A DNA stretch of 36,298 nucleotides from Lachnospiraceae bacterium (GCA_963643725.1 CAVILR010000006.1:1-36298); one strand, 5' to 3'. Counted from the first letter of the stretch, positions 18,679-27,432 are shown. The notes: a model not told the origin generated them from the letters alone. Numbers and translations are program-made.

Positions 18679-19473
18679 ATGAAAGGAAGAGATTTATTAA
18701 CATTCTTGTCGATTAAATATAATGGCCAATGGGATGAAATCTATGAAGCTATTAGAACAAAAAGAGATCACATCAATGATGATGAGGTTAACAAAGCGTT
18801 AGCAAATATTAATAGTAAATATGTAACGATAATCGACGCAGATTATCCAACATGTCTAAAAGATGTTGGCAAACCACCATTTGTGCTCTTTTATTATGGG
18901 GATATTAATCTCATCAGCGATAACAAGAAGTGCATCGGCGTCATCGGGATGAGAAATTGCTCGGAATACGGAAGGAAGATGACAAAATCAATTACCGAAG
19001 ATTTAGCAAAGGAATTTGTCATCGTTTCTGGCATGGCCAAAGGCATCGACTCAATCGCTCATGAATGTGCGATATCTAAAAACGGGAGAACGGTTGCTGT
19101 GCTCGGCTCAGGCATTGATAATTGTTATCCAAAAGAAAAGAAAGAATTATATGATGAGATCAAAAAGAATCATCTTTTAATTAGCGAGTATCCAGGTATG
19201 ACCACTCCTGATAAAGACCATTTCCCATTTAGAAATCGTTTAATCGCCGCTTTTTCTCGCGCGATTGTCTTAACCGAGGCTAAATATCGATCAGGCAGTT
19301 CGATCACTGTCGCTTACGCTCTTGAGATGGGAAAATCGATATGCTGTGTGCCAACGCACGCAAACGAAGAGTCTCTATGCAACCGCCTTATTAGCGATGG
19401 AGCGAGATTGATTGAAAAAGCAAGCGACGTCTACGATGAAATTGGCCATCGAAAAGAAAGCGAGCAAAAGTAG
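18679..19473 (+). CDS. dprA: DNA processing protein DprA (Smf)
   Basis: It has the DprA Rossmann-like core (VSGMAKGIDSIAHECA, NCYPKE, FPFRNRLIA). It lies upstream of topA as in Bacillus. Confidence 0.9.
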   Translation: MKGRDLLTFLSIKYNGQWDEIYEAIRTKRDHINDDEVNKALANINSKYVTIIDADYPTCLKDVGKPPFVLFYYGDINLISDNKKCIGVIGMRNCSEYGRKMTKSITEDLAKEFVIVSGMAKGIDSIAHECAISKNGRTVAVLGSGIDNCYPKEKKELYDEIKKNHLLISEYPGMTTPDKDHFPFRNRLIAAFSRAIVLTEAKYRSGSSITVAYALEMGKSICCVPTHANEESLCNRLISDGARLIEKASDVYDEIGHRKESEQK

Positions 19474-19521
19474 ATAAAAAAACTTAAAGAAATATATTAA
19501 TTCTTTAATAAATAAATGTTT

Positions 19522-19550
19522 TTGACATTGCTTAATCTTGTCTATATAGT
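19522..19550 (+). promoter_or_regulatory. Candidate sigma-A promoter for topA
   Basis: TTGACA (19522-19527), a 17-nt spacer, then TATAGT (19545-19550), ~36 nt upstream of ATG 19587. Confidence 0.6.
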
Positions 19551-19586
19551 TGTATAACGAAATTGATAAGAAGCACATTTTAAACT

Positions 19587-21584
19587 ATGAAATTAATCAT
19601 CGTCGAATCACCTCACAAGTCAACAACAATATCCGAATTTCTTAATAAAGAATTCGCAAATAATTACGTTGTAACCGCATCAAAAGGGCAAATCGAAGAT
19701 TTGTCAACTAAAGGTAAAAATGGTTTTGGCGTGGATGTTGATAACGACTTTAAACCTCTATATTCAATTACACCTTTGCAGCGAAAAACTGTTCTCGCTT
19801 TAAAAGAAAAAGCCAAAGGTGCGGATGATATTATTCTCGCAAGTGACCCTGATAGAGAAGGGGAAGCCATCGCTTATCATCTAGCTCGCGTATTGGGATT
19901 AGACGTTAATAAAGCGACGCGTATTGAATTTCATGAAATTACAAAAGACGCAGTGCTAAATGCTTTAGAAAATCCACGAACTATCGATATGAATCTAGTA
20001 CACGCCCAAGAGGCGCGACGCATCATCGACCGCGTTATCGGTTTTAAATTATCAAATATCATGCAAAAGAAGATAAAAGCTCCTTCGGCGGGACGCGTAC
20101 AATCTGCAACTTTAAAACTGATTGTCGATCACGATAAGGAAATTGAACACTTCGTCCCTGAAGAATATTGGACGTTGTCACTCGATGTTTCTAATGATAA
20201 TAATCAGGCGACAATTGCTTATTCCGCTTCGCTTAACGATGGCAAAATTAAAAACAAAGAGCAATGCGATAATATCATTAATTCACTCGATAAAACCGTA
20301 ACAATTAAAAATATAACCAAAAGCGTTAAAACGACGGAATCAAAGCCAGGTTTTTCTACTCCAGCCTTACAAATTGAAGCATTTAACGTCTATCGTATGA
20401 GCGTCGATTTAACATCGAAAACCGCTCAACAATTATATGAAGGCGTCAACGGTTCAGAAGGTTTAATTACCTATATGCGTACCGATGCGACACGCTTCTC
20501 ATCAGAATTTGTCGCCTCAGCGAAAGCGTATATCGCTAAAAATTATGGCGAGGAATATATAGGAAGAGTTAAAGTCGTCTCGATTAAAGGACAACAAGAC
20601 GCTCACGAAGCGGTAAGACCAACATCCTTAAAAAGAACTCCTGAATCCATCAAGCATTTATTAACTCCTGTTCAATTTAATTTATACAAATTGATTTATG
20701 AACGCACATTAGCCTCATTGATGAAGGGCAAAAAAGAAGAGATTCTTAGCTATGAATTTGTCTCAAATGATGTGACATTTAAAACCGAGAGCAAAAGAAA
20801 AATATTCGATGGATACACAATTATCTATAAACACGACAATGATGTAGATAATGTCGATACATTAAAGGGAGCAAAGGTTGGCGATATCTTTAATATCGAT
20901 AAGATAAATAACAATCAAGAATTCACAAAAGCGCCACTTCACTATAATGAAGGTAAAGTCGTTAAACTCATGGAAGACAATGGTATCGGCCGTCCTTCGA
21001 CTTATTCTTCGACCATCCAAAAATTAAAAGCTCATAAATATATTGAAACTAAAAACGGTGTTCTTATAGCCACAGAGACCGGAATAAGAACAGCGACGGT
21101 ATTAAATAAATATTTTCCTAAATTTGTTGACGTTAACTATACAGCGTCGATGGAAGAAGACCTCGATAAAGTAGAAATTGGCTCATTGACGGAGTTAAAA
21201 CTATTGACTGATTTCTATTATCCGTTTATGAAAGATGCTGACGAAGCATATGACAAGATGTATAAAGAAACGGACAAGCTAGTTGGGAGAGATTGCCCAA
21301 AATGTGGTGCTCCATTAGTTTATAAAGAATCTAAATTTGGCACTTTCATCGGCTGCTCGAATTTTCCGACATGCAAATACACCGAAAAAGAGGAAAAGCC
21401 GATTGAATATACCGGGAAAAATTGCCCAAAATGTGGCAAACCTCTCGTCTATAAATATAACCGAAAGCATTCAAAATTCATCGGTTGTAGCGATTACCCA
21501 CATTGCGATTATAGTGAAAATATCGTCCGTAAGAAAACCTTCAAACGCAAAACGTATTACAAGTACAAATACAAGAAGAGTTAG
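19587..21584 (+). CDS. topA: DNA topoisomerase I
   Basis: It has the Toprim motifs (IVESPHK, SDPDREGE), the active-site Tyr context GLITYMRTD, and two C-terminal C4 zinc ribbons (CPKCG..CSNFPTC and CPKCG..CSDYPHC). Confidence 0.96.
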   Translation: MKLIIVESPHKSTTISEFLNKEFANNYVVTASKGQIEDLSTKGKNGFGVDVDNDFKPLYSITPLQRKTVLALKEKAKGADDIILASDPDREGEAIAYHLARVLGLDVNKATRIEFHEITKDAVLNALENPRTIDMNLVHAQEARRIIDRVIGFKLSNIMQKKIKAPSAGRVQSATLKLIVDHDKEIEHFVPEEYWTLSLDVSNDNNQATIAYSASLNDGKIKNKEQCDNIINSLDKTVTIKNITKSVKTTESKPGFSTPALQIEAFNVYRMSVDLTSKTAQQLYEGVNGSEGLITYMRTDATRFSSEFVASAKAYIAKNYGEEYIGRVKVVSIKGQQDAHEAVRPTSLKRTPESIKHLLTPVQFNLYKLIYERTLASLMKGKKEEILSYEFVSNDVTFKTESKRKIFDGYTIIYKHDNDVDNVDTLKGAKVGDIFNIDKINNNQEFTKAPLHYNEGKVVKLMEDNGIGRPSTYSSTIQKLKAHKYIETKNGVLIATETGIRTATVLNKYFPKFVDVNYTASMEEDLDKVEIGSLTELKLLTDFYYPFMKDADEAYDKMYKETDKLVGRDCPKCGAPLVYKESKFGTFIGCSNFPTCKYTEKEEKPIEYTGKNCPKCGKPLVYKYNRKHSKFIGCSDYPHCDYSENIVRKKTFKRKTYYKYKYKKS

Positions 21585-21620
21585 TGGTTGCTCACTAACT
21601 TTTTAATATATAATGATTGC

Positions 21621-22901
21621 GTGAAAAAAATTAATGTCATCGGGGCTGGTTTAGCCGGGAGCGAAGCCTGCTATTATCTACTTAAAAAAGGATATGAAGT
21701 TCATCTATATGAGATGCGGCCAAAAGTTAATGATGGGGCGCATGAAACTTCTCTTTTTGGTGAACTTGTTTGTTCTAATTCACTAAAATCAAATCGCTTA
21801 GACAATGCCTGTGGTTTATTAAAAGAGGAGATGCGTCAACTAGATTCCTTAACCATGGAAGCTGCATCTAAAACTTCTGTCCCAAGCGGCAATGCCTTAA
21901 GTGTCGATAGAATAGAATTTGCTAACTACATTACAAATAAATTAAAACAATTTCCTAATTTGATAATTCATAATGAGGAAATAAAAGATTTTCTTCCGGG
22001 AATAAATATCATCGCTACGGGCCCTTTGACGAGTCCATCCCTTAGTAAAAAGATTGAAGATACAATAGGTAAGAGCAACCTATTTTTCTATGATGCCTCC
22101 GCGCCGATTATCGAAAAAGATTCGATCGATATGAGCATCGCTTATAAGAAATCGCGTTATGAACAAGATGATGCAAGCTATATCAATTGCCCGTTTTCAA
22201 AAGACGAATATGATCGATTTTATAATGAATTAATTAACGCTAAACTCGCTCATGTTCACGATTTTGATAAATCCTATTTTGAAGGATGCATGCCAATTGA
22301 AGTGTTAGCCAAAAGAGGATATGACACCCTTCGATATGGACCATTAAAACCAAAAGGCTTACAAATATTGTCGCGTCCAAAATTTTACGCCGTCGCTCAA
22401 CTTCGGCAAGATAATCTAATCGGCAATTTATATAACCTTGTGGGCTTCCAAACTAATCTAACCTATCCTGAGCAAAAGCGTGTCTTTTCCTTAATCCCGG
22501 GATTAGAAAATGCCCGTTTTGTGCGTTATGGACTCATGCACCGTAATTCATATATTTGTTCACCGATTGCTTTGAATGAAAATATGTCTTTAAAAAATAA
22601 TTCGGATATATTTATCGCCGGACAATTAAGTGGTATTGAAGGCTATGTTGAATCCGCCTCGATGGGCATTTTAGTTGCTTCATTTGTTGAGCAACTTTTG
22701 AAACATAAACAAATTATTTTTCCTCCTATAGAAACGATGCTAGGAGCGTTACATAATTATATTATCCACGCAAATCCCCACAATTTTTCACCAATGAATG
22801 CTAATTTTGGCATCCTTTTATCTTCTAATAAAGATAGATTGGAACTAGCAAATAAATCATTAAAATTAATCAAAGAATGGAGAGATAAAGTCGATGACTA
22901 A
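21621..22901 (+). CDS. trmFO: Folate-dependent tRNA (U54) methyltransferase TrmFO (Gid)
   Basis: It has the FAD-binding N-terminus KINVIGAGLAGSEA. The GTG at 21621 gives an N-terminus of the length seen in Bacillus Gid. The ORF track uses TTG 21588, which remains possible. Confidence 0.9.
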   Translation: MKKINVIGAGLAGSEACYYLLKKGYEVHLYEMRPKVNDGAHETSLFGELVCSNSLKSNRLDNACGLLKEEMRQLDSLTMEAASKTSVPSGNALSVDRIEFANYITNKLKQFPNLIIHNEEIKDFLPGINIIATGPLTSPSLSKKIEDTIGKSNLFFYDASAPIIEKDSIDMSIAYKKSRYEQDDASYINCPFSKDEYDRFYNELINAKLAHVHDFDKSYFEGCMPIEVLAKRGYDTLRYGPLKPKGLQILSRPKFYAVAQLRQDNLIGNLYNLVGFQTNLTYPEQKRVFSLIPGLENARFVRYGLMHRNSYICSPIALNENMSLKNNSDIFIAGQLSGIEGYVESASMGILVASFVEQLLKHKQIIFPPIETMLGALHNYIIHANPHNFSPMNANFGILLSSNKDRLELANKSLKLIKEWRDKVDD

Positions 22902-23811
22902 CATCCGTGAAATTGATGAATTTTTAGATTACTTAAAAAACTATTTGAACTATTCAAGTAAAACGATAACTTCATATGAAAACGATATCGTTTCGTTTTA
23001 TAAATTTATTTATCCAGAAGGCGTCGATATCGATGATGTTGATACTTTGATTATAAGAAATTATTTATCCAATCAACTTAGCAAAAACATATCTAAAAGA
23101 ACATGCGCAAGACGCTTATCCGCGTTAAGACATTTCTATGATTATTTAGTTAGTAAAGACACTGTTAAGACAAATCCTTTTACGTTTATCCACTCACCAA
23201 AAAGTGAAAAGAAGTTGCCGAAAGCATTATATATCGAACAAATAGACACATTATTTAAATTAAATAGTCAAAGAAACGACGAACTAATGCTTCGAGATCA
23301 ATGTTTGCTTGAACTACTTTATTCTAGCGGTGTCCGAGTAAGCGAACTAGTCAATATTAAGATGTCTGATATCGACTTTCGTGGGCGAAATATTCGCGTA
23401 TTAGGAAAAGGGAGAAAAGAACGAATTGTCCCTTTTAGTGCGACCGCACAAAAGGTATTAAAAAGATATGTGAGCGAATCTCGGGATAATTTAATGAAAA
23501 AATATTCTTTATCCATTCAATTCGACAACTTATTTTTCAGCGCCAACGGGCGACCATTAACCTCTAGAGGAGTCGAATACATTTTAAAAGAAATCGAGAA
23601 GAAAACTGGCTGTAATTATGGTTTACATCCTCATTTACTAAGGCATACATTTGCAACCCATCTTCTTGAAGGTGGCGCGGATCTTAGAGTTATTCAAGAA
23701 CTTTTAGGTCATGAGTCTTTAAATACAACCCAGATATATACGCATGTAACAGATGAATCGATGATGAATCAATTTAAAATATCTCATCCTCGTTCAGTAA
23801 AAAAAGAGTAA
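22894..23811 (+). CDS. xerC: Tyrosine recombinase XerC/CodV-like
   Basis: It has the catalytic C-terminus: GVRVSEL, HPHLLRHTFATHLL, LGHESLNTTQIYTHV. It sits after trmFO as in Bacillus (gid-codV). Confidence 0.92.
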   Translation: MTNIREIDEFLDYLKNYLNYSSKTITSYENDIVSFYKFIYPEGVDIDDVDTLIIRNYLSNQLSKNISKRTCARRLSALRHFYDYLVSKDTVKTNPFTFIHSPKSEKKLPKALYIEQIDTLFKLNSQRNDELMLRDQCLLELLYSSGVRVSELVNIKMSDIDFRGRNIRVLGKGRKERIVPFSATAQKVLKRYVSESRDNLMKKYSLSIQFDNLFFSANGRPLTSRGVEYILKEIEKKTGCNYGLHPHLLRHTFATHLLEGGADLRVIQELLGHESLNTTQIYTHVTDESMMNQFKISHPRSVKKE

Positions 23812-23832
23812 ATACTCAGAATAAATCGATAT

Positions 23833-23948
23833 TTATGTCATTTTTTGTGAATGACAAATTTATATACAGAATGACAAAAAGATATATAGAATGACAAAAA
23901 AATATTTGAAATGACAAAAAGATATATAGAATGACAAAATACGATGAG
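23833..23948 (+). repeat. Array of five direct 20-bp-phased repeats plus one inverted copy (core AATGACAAA)
   Basis: The cores begin at 23849, 23869, 23889, 23909 and 23929. An inverted TGTCATT lies at 23836-23842. The region is non-coding. Confidence 0.9.
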
Positions 23949-24038
23949 AGCAATTAAGGTGATGTAAATAAATTATGGGAATTTACCACGATAATTTGCC
24001 GATGTTATGTCTTCGGAAATGTAAATAGTAAAAACTAT

Positions 24039-24067
24039 TTGTTGATAGTTGACTACTATGATAAGAT
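24039..24067 (+). promoter_or_regulatory. Candidate sigma-A promoter for rpsB-tsf
   Basis: TTGTTG (24039-24044), a 17-nt spacer ending in TGA (extended -10 TG at 24059-24060), then TAAGAT (24062-24067). Confidence 0.5.
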
Positions 24068-24074
24068 AATAACG

Positions 24075-24171
24075 CTCTTTTTAAAAAGAGACTACACACA
24101 TCATGGATTCATCATCCTAGTCCCATGACCACGGGGTCGAGTATGGGGGATGATGTTGGAAGTGATGGAGG
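24075..24171 (+). promoter_or_regulatory. Structured 5' leader of rpsB (palindrome plus GC-rich compound hairpin)
   Basis: A perfect 16-nt palindrome CTCTTTTTAAAAAGAG lies at 24075-24090. A compound hairpin spans 24110-24155 with three stems: CATCATCC/GGATGATG, CCCAT/ATGGG, and GACC/GGTC closed by loop ACGG. The SD GGAGG lies at 24167-24171. Confidence 0.5.
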
Positions 24172-24180
24172 CAAAAACAA

Positions 24181-25275
24181 ATGGAGGTTCACAAGATGAA
24201 CGAAGAAAAAGAAGTTGTCACCCCGGTTGAAGCTGAAGAGGTTAAAACCGAGGAACAAGAAAATGTCATGGATTTGGTTATGCACGATGAAAATGCGCCA
24301 ATAATTACCATGAGAAAATTACTCGAAGGTGGTGTCCATTTCGGTCACAACACGAGAAAATGGAATCCTAAGATGGGCAAATACATCTATGGTGCACGTA
24401 ACGGAATTTACATTATCGATTTAGCAAAATCCGCTCAAAAGATTGAAGAAGCATATCTCGCTTTAAAGAAAATCGTTGATGAATCAGGCAAAGTTTTATT
24501 TGTCGGCGTCAAACCACTAGTCAAAGAAGTCATCGAAGAACAAGCACTTCGCTCTGGCTCATTTTATATTACCAATCGTTGGTTAGGCGGAACCTTAACT
24601 AACTTCAAAACTATCCAAGGCCGTATTCGTAGACTAAAAGAACTCGAAGCTAAAGAAAGCGATGGTTCATATGATCGTCTACCTAAAAAGGAAGTAGCCT
24701 TACTTAAGAAAGAAAAGGACAAACTTTCTAAAAACCTTGATGGTATTAAAGAAATGCGCAAGCTCCCTAACGCTGTTATCGTCGTCGATCCTCAACTCGA
24801 ACATAACGCCGTTGCCGAAGCTCGTAAATTAAATATCCCTGTATTCGGTATCGCTGATACAAATGCCGATCCAGATGTATTAGATTATGCAATTCCTGCC
24901 AATGATGATGCACTTCGCTCAGTTAAATTAATCATCACTGTTTTAGCAGATGCTATCGTCGAATCCAAAGGCGGTGTCACTGAAGTTGCCTACACTAAAG
25001 ATGAAGGCGAAGAAGTTACGATGAAGGATGCTATCCGTCAAGCTGATAAAGAAAATGCCGAGAGATTAGCTGCTATCCGCAAAGCACGTCAAGAAAGACA
25101 AGAACGTTATGAGAAGCTTCAAGCTCAACGCGAAGCCTTTAGAAAAGCGCGCGAAGAAGGCAAAGCTGCCCCAAAAGCGGACACAGAAAAAGTAGAAGCT
25201 AAGGATGCACCTGTTGAAGACGCAGCGAAGAAAGCTCCTGCTAAGAAGGTCGAAAAGAAAGAAGAGGCTAATTAA
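24181..25275 (+). CDS. rpsB: 30S ribosomal protein S2 with acidic N-terminal and long charged C-terminal extensions
   Basis: The S2 core begins at IITMRKLLEGGVHFGHNTRKWNPKM (residue ~41). GGAGG SDs precede both ATG 24181 and ATG 24196, so the start is ambiguous. Confidence 0.93.
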   Translation: MEVHKMNEEKEVVTPVEAEEVKTEEQENVMDLVMHDENAPIITMRKLLEGGVHFGHNTRKWNPKMGKYIYGARNGIYIIDLAKSAQKIEEAYLALKKIVDESGKVLFVGVKPLVKEVIEEQALRSGSFYITNRWLGGTLTNFKTIQGRIRRLKELEAKESDGSYDRLPKKEVALLKKEKDKLSKNLDGIKEMRKLPNAVIVVDPQLEHNAVAEARKLNIPVFGIADTNADPDVLDYAIPANDDALRSVKLIITVLADAIVESKGGVTEVAYTKDEGEEVTMKDAIRQADKENAERLAAIRKARQERQERYEKLQAQREAFRKAREEGKAAPKADTEKVEAKDAPVEDAAKKAPAKKVEKKEEAN

Positions 25276-25276
25276 G

Positions 25277-26143
25277 ATGGCCAGCATGATCGAATTAATC
25301 AAAGAACTTCGCGATCGTACCGGCGCGGGTATGATGGATTGCAAAAAAGCTCTTGAAGCAAATGGTCAAGATGTCAATAAATCCATCGATTGGCTCCGCG
25401 AAAAAGGTATTGCTAAAGCTCAAGCTAAGGCCTCACGAATTGCCGCAGAAGGTTTATCTTCAGTTAAAGTCGATGGCAACAAAGCATGCATCGTCGAAAT
25501 CAACTGCGAAACCGACTTTGTCTCCAAAGGCGATAAATTCCATAAATTAGTGGATGATGTCTTAGATGTCACATTAGCTAAAAATCCTTGCTGCATCGAT
25601 AAGGCTAAAGAAGTTACTCAATCACTATTTACCGATGCTACAGTTAGCATGGGTGAAAAACTTGATTATCGTCGATTTGAAATCGTTAGCAAAACCGATG
25701 ATCAAGAATTCGGCGCTTATATCCATATGGGTGGCAAGATTGCTGTCTTAGTACTCTTAGATAAAAACAATCCTGAATTAGCTAAAGGTATCGCTATGCA
25801 TATCGCTGCGAATAATCCTATTTATATTAGTGAAAAAGATATTCCTGCTGAGGCTATCGCTCATGAAAAAGCTATTCAAGTTGAACTCATGAAACAAGAT
25901 GAGAAATTAGCCAATAAACCTGCTGATATGTTAGCCTCTATTGCTGAACGCAAAGTCGCCAAAGTCTTATCCGAATCAACATTAACCGCTCAATCATATC
26001 TACTCAATGATGAGAAGACGGTTGGACAAGTGTTAAAAGACAATTCAACAAATGTTATCAAATTCATTCGTTACGCGGTTGGAGAAGGTATTGAAAAACG
26101 CGTTGATAACTTCGCTGAAGAAGTCATGAAGGAAATTAAATAA
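25277..26143 (+). CDS. tsf: Elongation factor Ts
   Basis: The N-terminus MASMIELIKELRDRTGAGMMDCKKAL is canonical EF-Ts. The ORF-track start at 25205 lies inside rpsB and is rejected. Confidence 0.95.
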   Translation: MASMIELIKELRDRTGAGMMDCKKALEANGQDVNKSIDWLREKGIAKAQAKASRIAAEGLSSVKVDGNKACIVEINCETDFVSKGDKFHKLVDDVLDVTLAKNPCCIDKAKEVTQSLFTDATVSMGEKLDYRRFEIVSKTDDQEFGAYIHMGGKIAVLVLLDKNNPELAKGIAMHIAANNPIYISEKDIPAEAIAHEKAIQVELMKQDEKLANKPADMLASIAERKVAKVLSESTLTAQSYLLNDEKTVGQVLKDNSTNVIKFIRYAVGEGIEKRVDNFAEEVMKEIK

Positions 26144-26162
26144 TTAATGTAAGGAGTCTTGC

Positions 26163-26882
26163 ATGAAATACCAAAGAATCTTAATCAAATTATCCGGTGA
26201 AGCTCTCGCTGGAGATGGACACGAAGGTATTCACGATAGCAAGGCTCTTTTTTCAATCGCAAAAGTGATATCCGATATCGCTAAAAGCGGTGTAGAAGTT
26301 GCTGTCGTTATCGGCGCGGGCAATATTTGTCGAGGTGCCTTAGTTAATCAAAGCCACGGCATCGATAGAGTTACCGCCGATAAGATGGGAATGCTCGGAA
26401 CGATTATTAATTCCTTCGCTTTAGCGGATGTTCTTAAATCGTTTCAAGTTAACTCAACGGTATTATCCGCGGTGAAAATGGAACAATTCGCGGAAACTTA
26501 TTCGCCTACAATCGCGGATAATTATTTAAAAGATAAGACGATTGTCATCTTTGGAGGCGGAACGGGGAAACCTTATTTTACCACCGATACATGCGCGGCC
26601 TTAAGGGCGATTGAAATCAATGCTCAAGCTATCCTCATGGGCAAAAATGGGGTAGATGGTATCTACTCTGATGACCCACGAGTTAATAAAGATGCTAAAA
26701 TGTATAAAACCATCACTTGTTCTTCAATTATTAAAGAGAATTTAAAAGTTATGGATTTAACCGCAGTCAATCTTTTAATGAATAAAGATATCGATGTCCG
26801 CGTCTTCAATATGGCTGAACCAGAAAACTTTATTAAGGTCATCAATGGTGAAGACATCGGCACGACGATAATGAAGGGATGA
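26163..26882 (+). CDS. pyrH: UMP kinase
   Basis: It has the motifs RILIKLSGEAL and GGGTGKPYFTTD. An AAGGAG SD lies upstream. Confidence 0.95.
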   Translation: MKYQRILIKLSGEALAGDGHEGIHDSKALFSIAKVISDIAKSGVEVAVVIGAGNICRGALVNQSHGIDRVTADKMGMLGTIINSFALADVLKSFQVNSTVLSAVKMEQFAETYSPTIADNYLKDKTIVIFGGGTGKPYFTTDTCAALRAIEINAQAILMGKNGVDGIYSDDPRVNKDAKMYKTITCSSIIKENLKVMDLTAVNLLMNKDIDVRVFNMAEPENFIKVINGEDIGTTIMKG

Positions 26883-26886
26883 AATT

Positions 26887-27432
26887 ATGGATGAAATTAC
26901 TTTAGAAGCAAAAGGCCAAATGGCTAAAACAATCGATTCGCTCAAAGGTGAACTTATCACTTTGCGCACAGGCAGGGCTAATGCCCAAATGCTCGACCGC
27001 GTCGAATGCGATTATTATGGCGATAAGATGCTCATCAAAGATATCTCGGCGATATCATCTCCTGAACCTCGTCAACTCGTAGTTAAACCTTACGACCGTG
27101 GTGATTTAAAAGCTATCGCCGCTGGCATTTCCGCCTCAAATCTTGGTTTAAATCCAATTGTGGAGGGTGATTGCATCCGCTTAATTATCCCAGCATTAAC
27201 CGAAGAAACACGTCGCGATTTAGCTAAGAAAGCGAAAGCGATGTCAGAGAATTCAAAAGTCGCTATCCGCAATATCAGACGCGACTATATCGATTTAATT
27301 AAGGATAGTGAAGAATACACTGATGACTTGAAAAAACGCATTCAAGATGAAATTCAAAAGGTCGTCGATGAAGCGATTAAAGATATTGAAGATATAACAT
27401 CTAATAAGGAAAAAGAAATAATGTCGATATAA
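26887..27432 (+). CDS. frr: Ribosome recycling factor
   Basis: The 181-aa product contains the typical RRF segments LRTGRANAQMLD and IPALTEETRRDLAKKAK. Confidence 0.95.
   Translation: MDEITLEAKGQMAKTIDSLKGELITLRTGRANAQMLDRVECDYYGDKMLIKDISAISSPEPRQLVVKPYDRGDLKAIAAGISASNLGLNPIVEGDCIRLIIPALTEETRRDLAKKAKAMSENSKVAIRNIRRDYIDLIKDSEEYTDDLKKRIQDEIQKVVDEAIKDIEDITSNKEKEIMSI

Noticed and set aside
23846-23854. A DnaA box (TGTGAATGA versus TGTGGATAA)
   Set aside because: It has two mismatches. It is a single occurrence, because the other repeat units lack the TGTG prefix. There is no dnaA/dnaN context.
23833-23948. The repeat array as a CRISPR array
   Set aside because: The period is only 20 nt and there are no unique spacers. 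The repeats are AT-rich and non-palindromic, and no cas genes are nearby.
23975-24028. A 17-codon ORF (MGIYHDNLPMLCLRKCK) between the repeat array and the rpsB promoter
   Set aside because: The SD-like AAGGTGA is 12 nt away. There is no conservation evidence. An ORF of this size is expected by chance.
23833-24030. A dif site next to xerC (as in the XerS/difSL or XerH/difH arrangement)
   Set aside because: Fragments such as ATGTAAAT and TATATAGAAT resemble pieces of the Bacillus dif sequence (ACTTCCTAGAATATATATTATGTAAACT). No contiguous 28-bp site with two arms around a 6-bp centre is present.
25205-25276. The upstream start for tsf (ORF-track model 25205-26143)
   Set aside because: The extra 24 residues overlap the rpsB 3' end in another frame. 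Canonical EF-Ts begins at MASMIELIKELR (ATG 25277).
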